DNA from: Escherichia phage slur14
Reading direction: 5' to 3' (one strand)
Sequence record: NC_028448.1
DNA length: 64,000 bases
Position numbers and translations under genes: made by a program. The first letter of the stretch is position 1, and each line of letters opens with the position of its first letter. The notes below the pieces were generated by a model. The model was not told where the DNA came from and ran no database searches. It saw only the letters and a program-made list of their open reading frames with translations. Shown here in pieces: positions 1-17,409 of the stretch.

Positions 1-614
1 GTTATATTCAAGGTAAGCGTGTCGTAACACAAAATGAAATTGATAGAACTATTCCTGTCGGAGCTATTATGATGTGGGCCGCTGATAGTCTTCCTAGTGA
101 TGCTTGGCGTTTTTGCCACGGTGGAACTGTTTCAGCATCAGATTGTCCATTATATGCTTCTAGAATTGGAACAAGATACGGCGGAAGTTCATCAAATCCT
201 GGATTACCTGATATGCGTGGTCTTTTTGTTCGCGGCTCTGGTCGTGGCTCTCACTTAACAAATCCAAATGTTAATGGTAATGACCAGTTTGGTAAGCCTA
301 GATTAGGTGTAGGTTGTACTGGTGGATATGTTGGTGAAGTACAGAAACAACAGATGTCTTATCATAAACATGCTGGCGGATTTGGTGAGCATGATGATTC
401 TGGAGCATTCGGTAATACCCGTAGATCAAATTTTGTTGGTACACGTAAAGGACTTGACTGGGATAACCGTTCATACTTCACCAATGACGGATATGAAATT
501 GACCCGGCATCACAACGAAATTCCAAATATACATTAAATCGTCCTGAATTAATTGGAAATGAAACACGTCCATGGAACATTTCTTTAAACTACATAATTA
601 AGGTAAAAGAATGA
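1..614 (+). CDS. 12: Short tail fibre protein gp12, C-terminal ~204 codons (5' end lies upstream of window)
   Basis: Frame open from window start to stop at 614; ends ...[12 protein letters not shown] as T4 gp12; followed by wac as in T4. Confidence 0.85.
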   Translation, partial: YIQGKRVVTQNEIDRTIPVGAIMMWAADSLPSDAWRFCHGGTVSASDCPLYASRIGTRYGGSSSNPGLPDMRGLFVRGSGRGSHLTNPNVNGNDQFGKPRLGVGCTGGYVGEVQKQQMSYHKHAGGFGEHDDSGAFGNTRRSNFVGTRKGLDWDNRSYFTNDGYEIDPASQRNSKYTLNRPELIGNETRPWNISLNYIIKVKE

Positions 615-2074
615 CAGATATTGTACTGAATGACTTACCATTCGTTGACGGCCCTCCTGCAGAGGGCCAGAGCCGCATTTCCTGGATTAAAAACGGCGAA
701 GAAATATTAGGAGCTGACACACAATATGGAAGTGAAGGTTCAATGAATAGACCTACAGTTTCTGTACTAAGAAATGTTGAAGTTCTTGATAAAAACATTG
801 GAATACTTAAAACATCTTTAGAAACCGCAAATAGTGATATTAAAACCATCCAGGGCATCTTAGATGTATCTGGTGATATAGAAGCTTTAGCACAAATAAG
901 TATCAATAAAAAGGATATTTCTGACCTCAAAACGCTAACCAGTGAACATACAGAAATATTAAATGGAACTAATAATACGGTTGACAGTATTCTTGCAGAT
1001 ATTGGTCCATTTAACTCCGAGGCCAACTCTGTATACAGAACGATCAGAAATGATTTACTGTGGATAAAGCGTGAACTTGGACAATACACAGGTCAAGATA
1101 TTAATGGTCTTCCTGTTGTAGGAAATCCTAGCACAGGAATGAAGCATCGCATCATTAATAATACTGATGTCATCACTTCACAGGGAATACGTTTAAGCGA
1201 ATTAGAAACAAAATTCATTGAATCTGATGTAGGTTCTTTAACTATTGAAGTTGGTAATCTTCGCGAAGAGCTTGGACCGAAACCACCGTCATTTTCACAA
1301 AACATCTACAGTCGTTTAAATGAAATTGACACTAAACAGACAACATTCGAATCTGACATTAGTGCTATTAAGACCTCAATAGGATATCCAGGAAATAATT
1401 CGATTATCACGAGTGTTAATACAAACACTGATAATATTGCATCTATTAATTTAGAGCTAAATCAAAGTGGAGGTATTAAACAGCGTTTAACAGTTATTGA
1501 AACTTCCATTGGTTCAGATGATATTCCTTCGAGTATTAAAGGACAAATTAAAGATAATACAACTTCAATCGAATCTCTGAATGGAATCGTCGGTGAAAAC
1601 ACTTCATCTGGTTTAAGAGCGAATGTTTCATGGTTAAACCAAATTGTTGGAACTGATTCTAGCGGTGGACAACCGTCTCCTCCTGGGTCTCTTTTAAACC
1701 GAGTTTCTACAATTGAAACTTCTGTTTCAGGCTTGAATAACGATGTTCAAAACCTACAGGTAGAAATTGGTAATAACAGCACAGGAATTAAAGGGCAAGT
1801 TGTAGCGTTAAATACTTTAGTAAATGGAACTAACCCAAACGGTTCAACTGTCGAAGAACGCGGATTAACCAATTCAATAAAAGCTAACGAAACCAACATT
1901 GCATCAGTTACACAAGAAGTGAATACAGCCAAAGGTAGTATATCTTCTCTGCAAGGTGATGTTCAAGCTCTACAAGAAGCAGGTTATATTCCTGAAGCTC
2001 CAAAAGATGGTCAAGCTTACGTTCGTAAAGACGGCGAATGGGTATTACTTTCTACCTTTTTATCACCAGCATAA
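611..2074 (+). CDS. wac: Fibritin (whisker/neck fibre)
   Basis: 487 aa ORF, ATG at 611 overlapping gp12 stop (ATGA); heptad-rich coiled coil; C-terminal foldon [27 protein letters not shown]. Confidence 0.9.
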   Translation: MTDIVLNDLPFVDGPPAEGQSRISWIKNGEEILGADTQYGSEGSMNRPTVSVLRNVEVLDKNIGILKTSLETANSDIKTIQGILDVSGDIEALAQISINKKDISDLKTLTSEHTEILNGTNNTVDSILADIGPFNSEANSVYRTIRNDLLWIKRELGQYTGQDINGLPVVGNPSTGMKHRIINNTDVITSQGIRLSELETKFIESDVGSLTIEVGNLREELGPKPPSFSQNIYSRLNEIDTKQTTFESDISAIKTSIGYPGNNSIITSVNTNTDNIASINLELNQSGGIKQRLTVIETSIGSDDIPSSIKGQIKDNTTSIESLNGIVGENTSSGLRANVSWLNQIVGTDSSGGQPSPPGSLLNRVSTIETSVSGLNNDVQNLQVEIGNNSTGIKGQVVALNTLVNGTNPNGSTVEERGLTNSIKANETNIASVTQEVNTAKGSISSLQGDVQALQEAGYIPEAPKDGQAYVRKDGEWVLLSTFLSPA

Positions 2075-2077
2075 CAT

Positions 2078-2105
2078 GGGGCCGCAAGGCCCCAAAGGAT
2101 TTTTA
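2078..2105 (+). terminator. Stem-loop GGGGCC-GCAA-GGCCCC then T-run downstream of wac
   Basis: Perfect 6-bp GC stem with tetraloop at 2078-2093, followed by aaaggattttt. Confidence 0.45.
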
Positions 2106-2106
2106 A

Positions 2107-3808
<1,702 letters not shown>

Positions 3809-3849
3809 TAAATATTATAAACTAATTAAAGCCCAGATTAGGAGAAATC

Positions 3850-6990
<3,141 letters not shown>

Positions 6991-7018
6991 TATTAAAGCA
7001 TATTAAAGAGGATTAAAA

Positions 7019-8998
7019 ATGACTTTATTATCTCCGGGCATTGAGCTCAAAGAAACTACGGTTCAAAGCACCGTGGTTAATAACTCTACTGGTACAGCAG
7101 CTTTGGCCGGTAAATTCCAGTGGGGTCCTGCTTTTCAAATTAAACAGGTTACAAATGAAGTAGATTTAGTTAATACTTTTGGTCAACCAACCGCTGAAAC
7201 TGCTGACTATTTTATGTCTGCGATGAATTTCTTGCAGTATGGAAATGACTTACGAGTTGTTCGTGCTGTTGATAGAGATACCGCTAAAAACTCATCGCCA
7301 ATTGCTGGTAATATTGAATACACAATTTCTACCCCAGGTAGTAACTATGCAGTTGGAGATAAAATCACGGTCAAATATGTTTCAGATGATATTGAAACTG
7401 AAGGTAAAATTACCGAAGTAGACGCAGATGGAAAAATTAAGAAAATTAATATTCCTACTGCAAAAATTATCGCTAAAGCGAAAGAAGTCGGTGAATATCC
7501 AGCACTAGGTTCTAACTGGACTGCAGAAATTTCTTCGTCTTCCTCTGGTTTAGCTGCAGTAATAACTCTTGGAAAAATTATTACTGATTCTGGTATTTTA
7601 TTAGCTGAAATTGAAAATGCTGAAGCTGCTATGACAGCGGTTGACTTTCAAACAAATCTTAAAAAATACGGAATTCCAGGAGTAGTAGCTCTTTATCCAG
7701 GCGAATTAGGCGATAAAATTGAAATTGAAATCGTATCTAAAGCTGACTACGCAAAAGGAGCTTCTGCATTACTCCCAATTTATCCAGGTGGTGGTACTCG
7801 TGCATCTACTGCTAAAGCAGTGTTTGGATATGGACCACAAACTGATTCACAGTATGCTATTATAGTTCGTCGTAATGATGCTATTGTTCAAAGCGTTGTT
7901 CTTTCAACGAAGCGTGGTGAAAAAGATATTTACGATAGTAACATCTATATTGATGACTTTTTCGCAAAAGGTGGTTCAGAATATATTTTCGCAACTGCAC
8001 AAAACTGGCCAGAAGGCTTCTCTGGAATTTTAACTCTGTCTGGTGGTTTATCATCAAATGCTGAAGTAACAGCAGGAGATTTGATGGAAGCTTGGGACTT
8101 CTTTGCTGACCGCGAATCTGTTGATGTTCAGTTGTTTATTGCGGGTTCTTGTGCCGGTGAATCTTTAGAAACAGCATCTACTGTCCAAAAACACGTCGTT
8201 TCAATTGGGGATGCTCGCCAGGATTGCTTAGTACTGTGCTCACCACCGCGTGAAACTGTAGTTGGAATTCCTGTAACTCGTGCAGTAGATAATTTAGTTA
8301 ACTGGAGAACTGCGGCAGGTTCATACACTGATAATAACTTTAATATCAGTTCAACCTACGCAGCAATTGATGGTAACTACAAGTATCAGTATGACAAATA
8401 TAATGATGTGAATCGTTGGGTTCCATTAGCAGCTGATATTGCTGGTTTATGCGCAAGAACCGATAACGTATCTCAGACTTGGATGTCTCCAGCTGGTTAT
8501 AATCGTGGCCAGATTCTTAACGTTATTAAACTGGCTATTGAAACTCGCCAGGCTCAGCGCGACCGTTTATACCAAGAAGCTATCAACCCGGTAACTGGTA
8601 CAGGTGGTGATGGTTACGTATTGTATGGTGATAAAACAGCTACTTCTGTTCCTTCTCCATTTGATCGTATTAACGTTCGTCGTCTGTTTAATATGTTGAA
8701 AACGAACATCGGACGTAGTTCAAAATATCGTTTGTTCGAATTAAACAACGCGTTTACTCGTTCATCATTCCGCACAGAAACTGCCCAGTACTTACAGGGA
8801 ATTAAAGCTCTCGGTGGAATTTATGAATATCGTGTAGTTTGCGATACAACAAATAACACTCCGTCAGTAATTGATAGAAATGAGTTTGTTGCAACATTCT
8901 ACATCCAACCGGCTAGAAGCATTAACTACATTACCTTAAACTTCGTAGCAACTGCTACTGGTGCAGATTTCGATGAGTTAACTGGTCTTGCAGGTTAA
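7019..8998 (+). CDS. 18: Tail sheath protein gp18
   Basis: 659 aa ORF; size/position as T4 gp18. Confidence 0.9.
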   Translation: MTLLSPGIELKETTVQSTVVNNSTGTAALAGKFQWGPAFQIKQVTNEVDLVNTFGQPTAETADYFMSAMNFLQYGNDLRVVRAVDRDTAKNSSPIAGNIEYTISTPGSNYAVGDKITVKYVSDDIETEGKITEVDADGKIKKINIPTAKIIAKAKEVGEYPALGSNWTAEISSSSSGLAAVITLGKIITDSGILLAEIENAEAAMTAVDFQTNLKKYGIPGVVALYPGELGDKIEIEIVSKADYAKGASALLPIYPGGGTRASTAKAVFGYGPQTDSQYAIIVRRNDAIVQSVVLSTKRGEKDIYDSNIYIDDFFAKGGSEYIFATAQNWPEGFSGILTLSGGLSSNAEVTAGDLMEAWDFFADRESVDVQLFIAGSCAGESLETASTVQKHVVSIGDARQDCLVLCSPPRETVVGIPVTRAVDNLVNWRTAAGSYTDNNFNISSTYAAIDGNYKYQYDKYNDVNRWVPLAADIAGLCARTDNVSQTWMSPAGYNRGQILNVIKLAIETRQAQRDRLYQEAINPVTGTGGDGYVLYGDKTATSVPSPFDRINVRRLFNMLKTNIGRSSKYRLFELNNAFTRSSFRTETAQYLQGIKALGGIYEYRVVCDTTNNTPSVIDRNEFVATFYIQPARSINYITLNFVATATGADFDELTGLAG

Positions 8999-9033
8999 TA
9001 CGGTGCATTCTAAAGGCCTGTTTCGGCAGGCCA

Positions 9034-9041
9034 TATAAATA
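9034..9041 (+). promoter_or_regulatory. Late promoter motif TATAAATA (distal, upstream of gene 19)
   Basis: Exact TATAAATA immediately after a GGCCTG/CAGGCC stem-loop (9015-9032). Confidence 0.45.
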
Positions 9042-9092
9042 CACTATATCCTTAATTCTTTAATTCTATATGCCCTAGGTTAAACATAGGGA

Positions 9093-9100
9093 TATAAATA
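9093..9100 (+). promoter_or_regulatory. Late promoter motif TATAAATA (proximal, upstream of gene 19)
   Basis: Exact TATAAATA 15 nt upstream of gene 19 ATG. Confidence 0.55.
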
Positions 9101-9114
9101 CTACAGAGGCTAAT

Positions 9115-9606
9115 ATGTTTGTAGATGATGTAACACGCGCGTTTGAATCGGGTGATTTTGCGCGACCTAACTTATTCCAAGTAGAAATTTCTTATCTTGG
9201 ACAAAATTTTACGTTTCAATGTAAAGCCACTGCTTTACCAGCTGGTATTGTAGAAAAAATTCCAGTCGGATTTATGAACCGTAAAATTAACGTAGCAGGC
9301 GATCGTACATTCGATGACTGGACTGTTACAGTAATGAACGATGAAGCTCATGATGCTCGCCAGAAGTTCGTTGATTGGCAAAGCATTGCTGCGGGACAAG
9401 GAAACGAAATTACTGGTGGAAAACCTGCAGAGTATAAAAAGAGCGCTATCGTTCGTCAATATGCTCGTGACGCTAAAACAGTAACAAAAGAAATTGAAAT
9501 TAAAGGTCTGTGGCCTACTAACGTGGGTGAACTTCAATTAGATTGGGATTCAAACAATGAAATCCAAACCTTTGAAGTAACTCTTGCTCTCGATTATTGG
9601 GAATAA
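9115..9606 (+). CDS. 19: Tail tube protein gp19
   Basis: 163 aa ORF, synteny. Confidence 0.9.
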   Translation: MFVDDVTRAFESGDFARPNLFQVEISYLGQNFTFQCKATALPAGIVEKIPVGFMNRKINVAGDRTFDDWTVTVMNDEAHDARQKFVDWQSIAAGQGNEITGGKPAEYKKSAIVRQYARDAKTVTKEIEIKGLWPTNVGELQLDWDSNNEIQTFEVTLALDYWE

Positions 9607-9638
9607 AATGAATGGGGAGAAATCCCCATCCTGCTTAA

Positions 9639-11263
<1,625 letters not shown>

Positions 11264-11264
<1 letters not shown>

Positions 11265-11512
11265 TGGAAGGTTTAATTGAAGCTATTAAATCAAACGACC
11301 TCGTAGCCGCTCGTAAATTATTTGCTGAAGCCATGGCTGCAAGAACGATTGATTTAATTAAAGAAGAAAAAATTGCTATCGCTCGTAATTTCTTAATTGA
11401 AGGTGAAGAACCTGATGACGAGGATGATGACGAAGACGAAGATAGTGATGATAAAGACGACAAAAAAGACAAAGACTCTGATGAAGATGACGAAGACGAG
11501 GATGATGAATAA
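11264..11512 (+). CDS. 67: Prohead core protein gp67 with poly-acidic C-terminus
   Basis: 82 aa ORF; start overlaps gene 20 stop; D/E-rich tail. Confidence 0.8.
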
Positions 11513-11937
11513 TGCTTCTGATCCCTGAAACTCATGAATTAGTTCTCGAGAATGTCGAAGCACTTATTCCTGAAGCACAGGGTCGCTTCGACGAATTGTC
11601 TTCTGCTTTAAATAAAGACGATATAAATACAATTGTCGAGAATATGCTTGATGATGAAACTGATTTAGCGGTTGCATTAGCTTCTATTAATGAAAATATG
11701 CCGTTAAATGAATTTATCGTTAAACATGTTTCCGCCCGTGGTGAAATTACTCGCACTAAAGACCGCAAAACGCGTGAACGTAATGCATTTCAAACCACTG
11801 GGCTGTCTAAAGCAAAACGTAGACAAATTGCTCGTAAAGCTACCAAAACGAAGATTGCCAATCCAGCAGGTCAATCTCTTGCTCAGCGTAAGCGTAAAAA
11901 AGCTCTTAAACGCCGTAAAGCATTAGGATTAAGCTAA
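11512..11937 (+). CDS. 68: Prohead core protein gp68
   Basis: 141 aa ORF; start overlaps gene 67 stop; basic C-terminus. Confidence 0.8.
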   Translation: MLLIPETHELVLENVEALIPEAQGRFDELSSALNKDDINTIVENMLDDETDLAVALASINENMPLNEFIVKHVSARGEITRTKDRKTRERNAFQTTGLSKAKRRQIARKATKTKIANPAGQSLAQRKRKKALKRRKALGLS

Positions 11938-12575
11938 TGAATGAACCCCAATTACTAATTGAAACTTGGGGTCAACCTGGCGAAATTATTGATGGCGTGC
12001 CAATGCTTGAATCTCATGATGGAAAAGACCTAGGTTTAAAACCTGGTTTATACATCGAAGGAATATTCATGCAAGCGGAAGTCGTCAATAGAAATAAACG
12101 TCTTTATCCAAAACGCATATTAGAAAAAGCGGTAAAAGACTATATCAATGAGCAAGTTTTAACTAAACAAGCTCTCGGAGAATTAAATCATCCTCCACGC
12201 GCTAATGTTGACCCGATGCAAGCCGCTATCATTATAGAAGATATGTGGTGGAAAGGAAATGACGTATACGGACGAGCTCGTGTTATTGAAGGTGACCATG
12301 GTCCTGGAGATAAATTAGCAGCTAATATTCGTGCCGGATGGATTCCAGGAGTTTCTTCTCGTGGATTAGGTTCATTGACTGACACAAATAAAGGTTATCG
12401 TATCGTAAACGAAGGATTCAAATTAACTGTAGGTGTTGATGCAGTATGGGGTCCAAGTGCTCCAGATGCATGGGTAACTCCTAAGGAAATTACCGAATCA
12501 CAGACGGCGGAAGCCGATACAAGTGCCGATGACGCCTATATGGCTCTCGCAGAGGCCATGAAAAAAGCGTTATAA
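11937..12575 (+). CDS. 21: Prohead core protease gp21
   Basis: 212 aa ORF; start overlaps gene 68 stop (ATGA). Confidence 0.85.
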   Translation: MNEPQLLIETWGQPGEIIDGVPMLESHDGKDLGLKPGLYIEGIFMQAEVVNRNKRLYPKRILEKAVKDYINEQVLTKQALGELNHPPRANVDPMQAAIIIEDMWWKGNDVYGRARVIEGDHGPGDKLAANIRAGWIPGVSSRGLGSLTDTNKGYRIVNEGFKLTVGVDAVWGPSAPDAWVTPKEITESQTAEADTSADDAYMALAEAMKKAL

Positions 12576-12578
12576 ATA
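12571..12578 (+). promoter_or_regulatory. Late promoter motif TATAAATA upstream of gene 22
   Basis: Exact TATAAATA overlapping gene 21 stop, 28 nt before gene 22 ATG. Confidence 0.55.
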
Positions 12579-12605
12579 TTATTATCTAAACAACAGGACT
12601 ACAAA

Positions 12606-13415
12606 ATGCTTAAAGAACAACTGATTGCCGAAGCGCAGAAAATTGATGCTTCCGTTGCTCTTGATAGTATTTTCGAATCAGTTAATATTTCTCCGGAAGC
12701 AAAAGAAACTTTCGGCACTGTATTCGAAGCTACCGTCAAGCAGCACGCCGTTAAATTAGCTGAATCTCATATCGCTAAAATTGCTGAAAAAGCAGAAGAA
12801 GAAGTAGAAAAAAATAAAGAAGAAGCCGAAGAAAAAGCTGAGAAGAAAATCGCTGAGCAAGCTTCTAAATTCATTGACCATCTTGCGAAAGAATGGCTCG
12901 CTGAAAATAAATTAGCAGTTGATAAAGGCATCAAAGCCGAACTGTTTGAATCCATGCTTGGTGGATTAAAAGAGCTCTTTGTTGAACACAACGTTGTTGT
13001 TCCAGAAGAATCAGTTGATGTTGTAGCTGAAATGGAAGAAGAGCTGCAAGAACATAAAGAAGAATCAGCTCGTCTGTTCGAAGAACTCAATAAGCGTGAC
13101 GCATATATCAATTATGTGCAGCGTGAAGTGGCATTGAGCGAAAGTACTAAAGATCTGACTGAGTCTCAAAAAGAAAAAGTCTCTGCTCTGGTCGAAGGTA
13201 TGGATTATTCAGATGCATTCTCAAGTAAATTGAGTGCAATCGTAGAAATGGTGAAGAAATCTAATAAAGATGAAAGCACTATTACTGAGAGTATAAATAC
13301 TCCTGATACTGAAGCAGCCGGACTGAATTTCGTCACTGAAGCTGTAGAAGATAAAGCTGCACAGGGTGCAGAAGATATTGTAAGTGTATATGCGAAAGTC
13401 GCATCTCGTTTCTAA
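12606..13415 (+). CDS. 22: Prohead scaffolding core protein gp22
   Basis: 269 aa ORF; acidic coiled-coil; synteny. Confidence 0.85.
   Translation: MLKEQLIAEAQKIDASVALDSIFESVNISPEAKETFGTVFEATVKQHAVKLAESHIAKIAEKAEEEVEKNKEEAEEKAEKKIAEQASKFIDHLAKEWLAENKLAVDKGIKAELFESMLGGLKELFVEHNVVVPEESVDVVAEMEEELQEHKEESARLFEELNKRDAYINYVQREVALSESTKDLTESQKEKVSALVEGMDYSDAFSSKLSAIVEMVKKSNKDESTITESINTPDTEAAGLNFVTEAVEDKAAQGAEDIVSVYAKVASRF
13292..13299 (+). promoter_or_regulatory. Late promoter motif TATAAATA inside 3' end of gene 22 (gene 23 promoter)
   Basis: Exact TATAAATA ~135 nt upstream of gene 23 ATG. Confidence 0.5.
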
Positions 13416-13433
13416 TTTTAAAGGTTAACACAA

Positions 13434-14999
13434 ATGACTATCAAAACTAAAGCTGAACTTTTGAACAAATGGAAGCCATTACTGGAAGGTGAAGGTTTAC
13501 CGGAAATTGCTAATAGCAAACAAGCGATTATCGCTAAAATCTTTGAAAACCAGGAAAAAGATTTCCAGACAGCTCCGGAATATAAAGACGAAAAAATTGC
13601 TCAGGCATTTGGTTCTTTCTTAACAGAAGCTGAAATCGGCGGTGACCATGGTTACAATGCTACTAACATCGCTGCAGGTCAGACTTCTGGCGCAGTAACT
13701 CAGATTGGCCCAGCTGTTATGGGTATGGTACGTCGTGCTATTCCTAACCTGATTGCTTTCGATATTTGTGGTGTTCAGCCGATGAACAGCCCGACTGGCC
13801 AGGTATTCGCACTGCGCGCAGTATATGGTAAAGACCCGGTCGCTTCCGGTGCTAAAGAAGCATTCCACCCAATGTATGGTCCAGATGCAATGTTCTCTGG
13901 TCAGGGTGCTGCTAAGAAATTCGCTGCTTTGAAAGCAAGTGATACTCTTGAAGTTGGAACTATTTACACCCACTTCTTCCAGGACACTGGTACTGTATAT
14001 CTGCAAGCTACAGAAGTTAAGCAAATTGATACTAGTGCATCTGACGCAGCTAAATTAGATGCTGAAATTAAGAAACAAATGGAAGCTGGTGTACTGGTAG
14101 AAATCGCTGAAGGTATGGCTACTTCTATCGCTGAACTCCAGGAAGGTTTCAATGGTTCTACCGATAACCCATGGAATGAAATGGGCTTCCGTATCGATAA
14201 GCAAGTTATCGAAGCTAAATCTCGCCAGCTGAAAGCTGCTTACTCTATCGAATTAGCACAAGACCTCCGCGCTGTTCACGGTATGGATGCTGATGCTGAA
14301 CTGTCTGGTATTCTGGCTACAGAAATTATGCTGGAAATCAACCGTGAAGTTGTTGATTGGATTAACTACTCAGCTCAGGTTGGTAAATCTGGTATGACCC
14401 TGACTCCGGGTTCTAAAGCTGGTGTATTTGACTTCCAGGATCCGATTGATATTCGTGGTGCTCGCTGGGCGGGTGAATCCTTTAAAGCTCTGTTGTTCCA
14501 GATTGACAAAGAAGCAGTTGAAATTGCTCGTCAGACCGGTCGTGGTGAAGGTAACTTCATTATCGCTTCCCGTAACGTAGTTAACGTTCTGGCTTCAGTT
14601 GATACCGGCATTTCTTATGCTGCACAAGGTCTGGCTACCGGCTTTAACACTGATACTACCAAGTCAGTATTTGCTGGTGTTCTGGGTGGTAAATACCGCG
14701 TATATATTGACCAGTATGCTAAACAAGATTATTTCACTGTAGGTTATAAAGGTCCGAACGAAATGGATGCTGGTATTTACTATGCTCCATATGTAGCTCT
14801 GACTCCGCTGCGTGGTTCCGATCCGAAGAACTTCCAACCGGTAATGGGATTCAAAACTCGTTACGGTATCGGTATCAACCCATTTGCAGAATCCGCTGCT
14901 CAGGCTCCGGCTTCTCGCATCCAGAGCGGTATGCCTTCTATTCTGAATAGCCTTGGTAAAAACGCTTACTTCCGCCGTGTATATGTTAAAGGTATCTAA
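13434..14999 (+). CDS. 23: Major capsid protein gp23
   Basis: 521 aa; N-terminus MTIKTKAELLNKWKPLLEGEGLPEIANSK and rest near-identical to T4 gp23 from memory; synonymous-site GC-rich codon usage typical of this highly expressed gene. Confidence 0.95.
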   Translation: MTIKTKAELLNKWKPLLEGEGLPEIANSKQAIIAKIFENQEKDFQTAPEYKDEKIAQAFGSFLTEAEIGGDHGYNATNIAAGQTSGAVTQIGPAVMGMVRRAIPNLIAFDICGVQPMNSPTGQVFALRAVYGKDPVASGAKEAFHPMYGPDAMFSGQGAAKKFAALKASDTLEVGTIYTHFFQDTGTVYLQATEVKQIDTSASDAAKLDAEIKKQMEAGVLVEIAEGMATSIAELQEGFNGSTDNPWNEMGFRIDKQVIEAKSRQLKAAYSIELAQDLRAVHGMDADAELSGILATEIMLEINREVVDWINYSAQVGKSGMTLTPGSKAGVFDFQDPIDIRGARWAGESFKALLFQIDKEAVEIARQTGRGEGNFIIASRNVVNVLASVDTGISYAAQGLATGFNTDTTKSVFAGVLGGKYRVYIDQYAKQDYFTVGYKGPNEMDAGIYYAPYVALTPLRGSDPKNFQPVMGFKTRYGIGINPFAESAAQAPASRIQSGMPSILNSLGKNAYFRRVYVKGI

Positions 15000-15013
15000 T
15001 CTTTGACGATTTA

Positions 15014-15044
15014 AGGGACCTTCGGGTCCCTTTAGTTGTTTTTA
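15014..15044 (+). terminator. Rho-independent terminator after gene 23
   Basis: AGGGACC-TTCG-GGTCCCT hairpin followed by ttagttgttttt. Confidence 0.7.
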
Positions 15045-15047
15045 TGG

Positions 15048-15055
15048 TATAAATA
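15048..15055 (+). promoter_or_regulatory. Late promoter motif TATAAATA upstream of gene 24
   Basis: Exact TATAAATA 28 nt before gene 24 ATG. Confidence 0.55.
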
Positions 15056-15082
15056 AATCATATAAACCAAAAGGAAAGCGCA

Positions 15083-16366
15083 ATGGCTAAAATCAACGAA
15101 CTTCTGCGCGAATCAACCACAACGAATAGCAACTCAATCGGTCGCCCAAATCTCGTTGCTTTGACTCGCGCTACCACTAAATTAATATATTCTGACATTG
15201 TAGCAACGCAAAGAACTAATCAACCTGTTGCTGCTTTTTATGGTATCAAATACCTTAACCCAGACAATGAATTTACATTTAAAACTGGTGCTACTTATGC
15301 TGGCGAAGCTGGATATGTAGACCGAGAACAAATCACAGAATTAACAGAAGAGTCTAAATTAACTCTCAATAAAGGCGATTTATTCAAATATAATAATATC
15401 GTTTATAAAGTATTAGAAGATACACCATTTGCTGATATTGAAGAAAGCGACTTAGAGTTAGCTCTTCAGATTGCAATTGTTCTTTTAAAGGTTCGTCTAT
15501 TTTCTGATGCAGCGTCAACAAGCAAATTTGAAAGCTCTGATAGTGAAATTGCGGATGCTAGATTCCAGATTAATAAATGGCAAACCGCAGTTAAATCTCG
15601 TAAACTTAAAACTGGCATCACAGTTGAATTAGCACAAGATTTAGAAGCAAATGGATTCGATGCTCCTAATTTCTTGGAAGATTTGCTTGCAACTGAAATG
15701 GCAGATGAAATCAATAAAGACATTCTGCAGTCTTTGATTACAGTGTCAAAACGCTATAAAGTTACAGGAATTACTGATACTGGATTCATCGATTTGAGTT
15801 ATGCATCTGCTCCTGAAGCTGGTCGTTCATTATACCGAATGGTATGTGAAATGGTTTCGCATATCCAAAAAGAATCAACTTATACGGCAACGTTCTGTGT
15901 TGCTTCAGCTCGTGCCGCTGCGATTCTTGCTGCATCAGGTTGGTTAAAACATAAACCAGAAGATGACAAATATCTTTCACAAAATGCCTACGGGTTCTTA
16001 GCTAATGGTTTACCGCTTTATTGCGATACTAACAGCCCATTAGATTATGTAATCGTTGGCGTAGTAGAAAATATCGGTGAAAAAGAAATTGTTGGATCAA
16101 TTTTCTATGCTCCGTATACAGAAGGTCTTGACTTAGATGACCCTGAACATGTAGGTGCATTTAAAGTTGTAGTTGACCCAGAAAGTTTGCAGCCATCTAT
16201 CGGTTTATTAGTTAGATATGCTTTATCAGCAAATCCTTACACCGTAGCAAAAGATGAAAAAGAAGCAAGAGTAATTGATGGTGGAGACATGGATAAAATG
16301 GCGGGTCGTTCAGATTTGTCTGTTTTATTAGGTGTTAAGCTACCAAAAATTATCATTGATGAATAA
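15083..16366 (+). CDS. 24: Capsid vertex protein gp24
   Basis: 427 aa ORF; paralogue-like of gp23; synteny. Confidence 0.9.
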   Translation: MAKINELLRESTTTNSNSIGRPNLVALTRATTKLIYSDIVATQRTNQPVAAFYGIKYLNPDNEFTFKTGATYAGEAGYVDREQITELTEESKLTLNKGDLFKYNNIVYKVLEDTPFADIEESDLELALQIAIVLLKVRLFSDAASTSKFESSDSEIADARFQINKWQTAVKSRKLKTGITVELAQDLEANGFDAPNFLEDLLATEMADEINKDILQSLITVSKRYKVTGITDTGFIDLSYASAPEAGRSLYRMVCEMVSHIQKESTYTATFCVASARAAAILAASGWLKHKPEDDKYLSQNAYGFLANGLPLYCDTNSPLDYVIVGVVENIGEKEIVGSIFYAPYTEGLDLDDPEHVGAFKVVVDPESLQPSIGLLVRYALSANPYTVAKDEKEARVIDGGDMDKMAGRSDLSVLLGVKLPKIIIDE

Positions 16367-16369
16367 AAC

Positions 16370-16397
16370 AAAGGGACCTTTCGGTCCCTTTTTATTT
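16370..16397. terminator. Bidirectional terminator between convergent genes 24 (+) and rnlB (-)
   Basis: GGGACC-TTTC-GGTCCC hairpin flanked by A-run upstream and T-run downstream. Confidence 0.7.
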
Positions 16398-17400
16398 AAC
16401 TTACCAATTCAATCCAAGCCGGACGAAGTACATCTTGTACCATTTTAACTAATTCCTTTTTAATCAAAGAAGGATTATCCGCTTGAGTTAGAGTAATACC
16501 TTCACGAGAAGTTTCTTCCAAAATATCTTGAACAGTTAGTCCCATCACCTTTCCAAAATCTTTTGGACCAATTTCGCCAATTTTAGAAATAACGTTATTT
16601 ACTCGGTTTAGTGTAACGTAACAAGCTAAAATCCCCACCAATTTGTTATCAGCTTCTGACAGTTCAACTTTAGCTTTAATAGGCTTATCAGACTTTTTCT
16701 TTTCACTAAATTTAGAATTCTTGCATTTGATGGCTACACGATTGCGATTAGGCAGCCAAGAAGGATAACAAGGTTTCAATACATATCCTTCAGCGGTAAA
16801 TACTTCGCCTTTGGCTTCAGCTTTCCAAACACATTTGTTAGCGTCAATTAAACCTGCATTATCTACGGTAAAATTATAAGACGGAACAACAGAATCCAAA
16901 TCATTTGGAAGTTTAATAAGATCTTCAAATTTACCACGACCCAAAAGTGGAGCGATTTTAAACCCAAATGAATTACAAAACGATTCCATCATGTAATCAT
17001 CAACATAAGTTACATCACCACTTTCGGTAGTAACAATAATGTCAAATACATAAAAATCTTTATCGCCATAATCGACATTCTTCTGAATGCCAGGTCCAGC
17101 GAATTCGCCAAAAACTTGATAAGTCACAACAGCTGAAGTTTCCATAATTTCTTGGACAGCTTTAATAGAATCTTCGTAATTCTTTAAAATAATTTCATAA
17201 CCGAAGAAATCTTCAGCAGGAAGAATTGGTCCAGTACGTTTAGCGCAAGTTACTTTATCACGCTCAATAATCAATGAGAAATTTGTGCCGTGAATCTTTT
17301 CACGAGCTACCCATTCGCCGCCAGTCAATCCCAAGCTATAAAGTTTTTCAATAAATTTAGAGTTGTAATGATTTTCAAGACTGCTATACTTTTTAAACAT
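16396..17400 (-). CDS. rnlB: RNA ligase 2
   Basis: 334 aa; nucleotidyltransferase lysine motif EKIHGTN; matches T4 Rnl2 (gp24.1) in length and sequence. Confidence 0.85.
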   Translation of the reverse strand: MFKKYSSLENHYNSKFIEKLYSLGLTGGEWVAREKIHGTNFSLIIERDKVTCAKRTGPILPAEDFFGYEIILKNYEDSIKAVQEIMETSAVVTYQVFGEFAGPGIQKNVDYGDKDFYVFDIIVTTESGDVTYVDDYMMESFCNSFGFKIAPLLGRGKFEDLIKLPNDLDSVVPSYNFTVDNAGLIDANKCVWKAEAKGEVFTAEGYVLKPCYPSWLPNRNRVAIKCKNSKFSEKKKSDKPIKAKVELSEADNKLVGILACYVTLNRVNNVISKIGEIGPKDFGKVMGLTVQDILEETSREGITLTQADNPSLIKKELVKMVQDVLRPAWIELVS

Positions 17401-17409
17401 AATTAATCC

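Noticed and set aside
598-1089. Minus-strand 163-aa ORF
   Set aside because: Lies antisense within wac (fibritin); no RBS; arises from the codon-biased plus-strand frame
12767-13111. Minus-strand 114-aa Ser-rich ORF
   Set aside because: Antisense to the acidic coiled-coil region of gene 22; low-complexity artefact
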